Below are positions 62,625-64,000 of a DNA stretch of 64,000 nucleotides, piece after piece (the stretch's first letter is position 1; every line of letters starts with the position of its first letter). Both the position numbers and the translations under genes were made by a program. The DNA is taken from assembly GCF_006345805.1 (NCBI RefSeq), contig NC_043001.1, forward strand, positions 48,360,001 through 48,424,000, written 5' to 3'. The DNA is from Octopus sinensis. Lineage: Eukaryota. Under the pieces are notes generated by a model. The model was not told the origin of the DNA and made no database searches. It saw only the letters and a list, made by a program, of their open reading frames with translations.

Positions 62625-62850
62625 TAAGGAGACGAGCTGGCAGAATCGTTAGCTCGACAGGCTAGATGCTTAGCTGCATTTCGTCCGTCTTTACGTTCTA
62701 AGTTCAAATGTTCAAATTCCTCCAAGGTCGACTTTGCCTTTCATCCCTCCGAATCCGATAAAATAAGTACCAATTGAGTTCTTCGTATCGACGTAATTGA
62801 CTTACCCGCTCTCCCGAAATTGCTTGCCTTGTGCCAAAATCTGAAATCAT
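62625..62850 (+). mobile_element. SINE1a
   Basis: AAGGAGACGAGCTGGCAGAATCGTTAGC…GATAAAATAAGTACC…CCTTGTGCC. Confidence 0.82.
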
Positions 62851-62989
62851 TATGTTTCTTGCAGATATTATCTCCCAGGTAATCACCCCCACCAAACACA
62901 CATCCGTGAACATAATTTGTCCTGAACGGACGTCTCAACCAGACTAATGTATATTTCATCGCTGTAAAATTTCGTTGGTTTCAAGTACC

Positions 62990-63172
62990 TATTTCTTTAT
63001 TACCCACAAGGGGCTAAACACAGAGGGGACAAACAAGGACAGACATAGGTATTAAGTCGATTACATCGACCCCAGTGCGTAACTGGTACTTAATATATCT
63101 ACCCCGAAAGGATGAAAGGCAAAATCGACCTCGGCGGAATTTGAACTCACAACGTAACGCAGACGAAATACG
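62990..63172 (-). mobile_element. SINE1b body, interrupted at its GTATTTCG site by a Tx1-like LINE
   Basis: The reverse complement reads GTATTTCGTCTGCGTTACGTTGTGAGTTCAAATTCCGCC…GGGTAATAAAGAAATA, followed by GGTACTT. Confidence 0.9.
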
Positions 63173-63173
63173 A

Positions 63174-64000
63174 ATTTCTTTATTGCCCACCGGGGGCCAA
63201 ACATAGATATGGACAGTACAACTGATGGGATCAGTGAATCGATATGATTTTACATAAATGTGACATCAAAAATAAAATACAATACATAAAAATCGAATGG
63301 AATACACAGTACAAAAACAAAAGAAATGAAGCGATGATCAAGTTACGCTCCGATCCCACAAGCCCCGATCTACCGCTGATACCTTTTTATTTTCTCTTTT
63401 TTTTTTCCTCGTATATTTTCACACGGTTCCTTGCACGCACAACACTCGTGCAACATACTTCCATCTCTTTTGGAACGTACACTCTGACAGACACCTCTTC
63501 TCCAGCCACAGTTTCCTTTTCAAATGAAAAGAAAAAAAGGATCGTAAATTGTCACCAGAGATAAAGTTGCCTGTCTTAATTCCTTATATCCTAGTATTCC
63601 ATACAGCCTCTTTTGCTATTGCTACAACCGTGAGAAAACAATTCTTACCTTCGTTCGTTAGAACTCCCGGTGGGTCAATTTTTATAATTGACTCAGTCGA
63701 CAGCCGTACTCTTCCTTCGCCGGACAACAGATGTTCAGCATAAGCCCACATTTCAGTTATCTCCGGACACTGAACAATAGCGTGAGGGACGGTTTCCCTG
63801 TCCCCACCGCATCTTGGACAGGTCGGCGACTGACGTTTACCATGTCTTGCGAGCTTATCCCAAACGGGCAAGGCACCTCTGTAGCATTGCCAGGTTAAGG
63901 ACTTTTGGAAGTTGTCCAACGTTCTCAACCCGAATGTACGATGAAACAAGCTGTCCAGTTGAATAAATCCGAGACCTAGAGTCGACCCCAGGCCATCGTC
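63174..64000 (-). mobile_element. Tx1/L1-type non-LTR retrotransposon, 3' end (ORF2 C-terminal zinc-finger region and 3' UTR); continues beyond the window
   Basis: SLTWQCYRGALPV…CPRCGGDRETVPHAIVQCP…W…AKEAVWNTR matches the L1/Tx1 C-terminal CCHC region. The U-rich 3' UTR ends GGTGGGCAATAAAGAAAT. Confidence 0.82.

Overview
Eukaryotic, AT-rich DNA dominated by repeats, with one 100-N assembly gap (39350-39449). The SINE types, microsatellite load and decayed C2H2 zinc-finger relic suggest an octopod cephalopod (Octopus sp.); this is inference, not a database result. I find no intact protein-coding gene, rRNA, genuine tRNA gene or CRISPR array. Most long ORFs in the track are translations of microsatellites. 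The window holds decayed Tc1, mariner, pogo, piggyBac and HINE/Helentron-like elements. It also holds several tRNA-derived SINE families and non-LTR retrotransposon relics (R4/Dong, HERO-like, CR1-like, Tx1-like, Penelope-like). The best candidate for an undescribed system is a target-specific LINE/SINE pair. A Tx1-like LINE (63174-64000, minus) shares its last 34 nt (29/34 identical) with the tail of a SINE variant (SINE1b). All four SINE1b copies end at GGTA(T/C)T, and the LINE ends at a near-match of that site. The same motif lies inside the head of the SINE1 family, so these elements nest in their own relatives. Separately, the (ATT)n tail of a SINE1a copy hosts a head-to-tail stack of R4/Dong-like LINEs. 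Other notable items: a 153-bp SINE-derived satellite with dimeric higher-order structure, hammerhead-ribozyme-like motifs, and a near-perfect 205-bp hairpin. Whether any of this is already catalogued (Dfam/Repbase) cannot be checked here.
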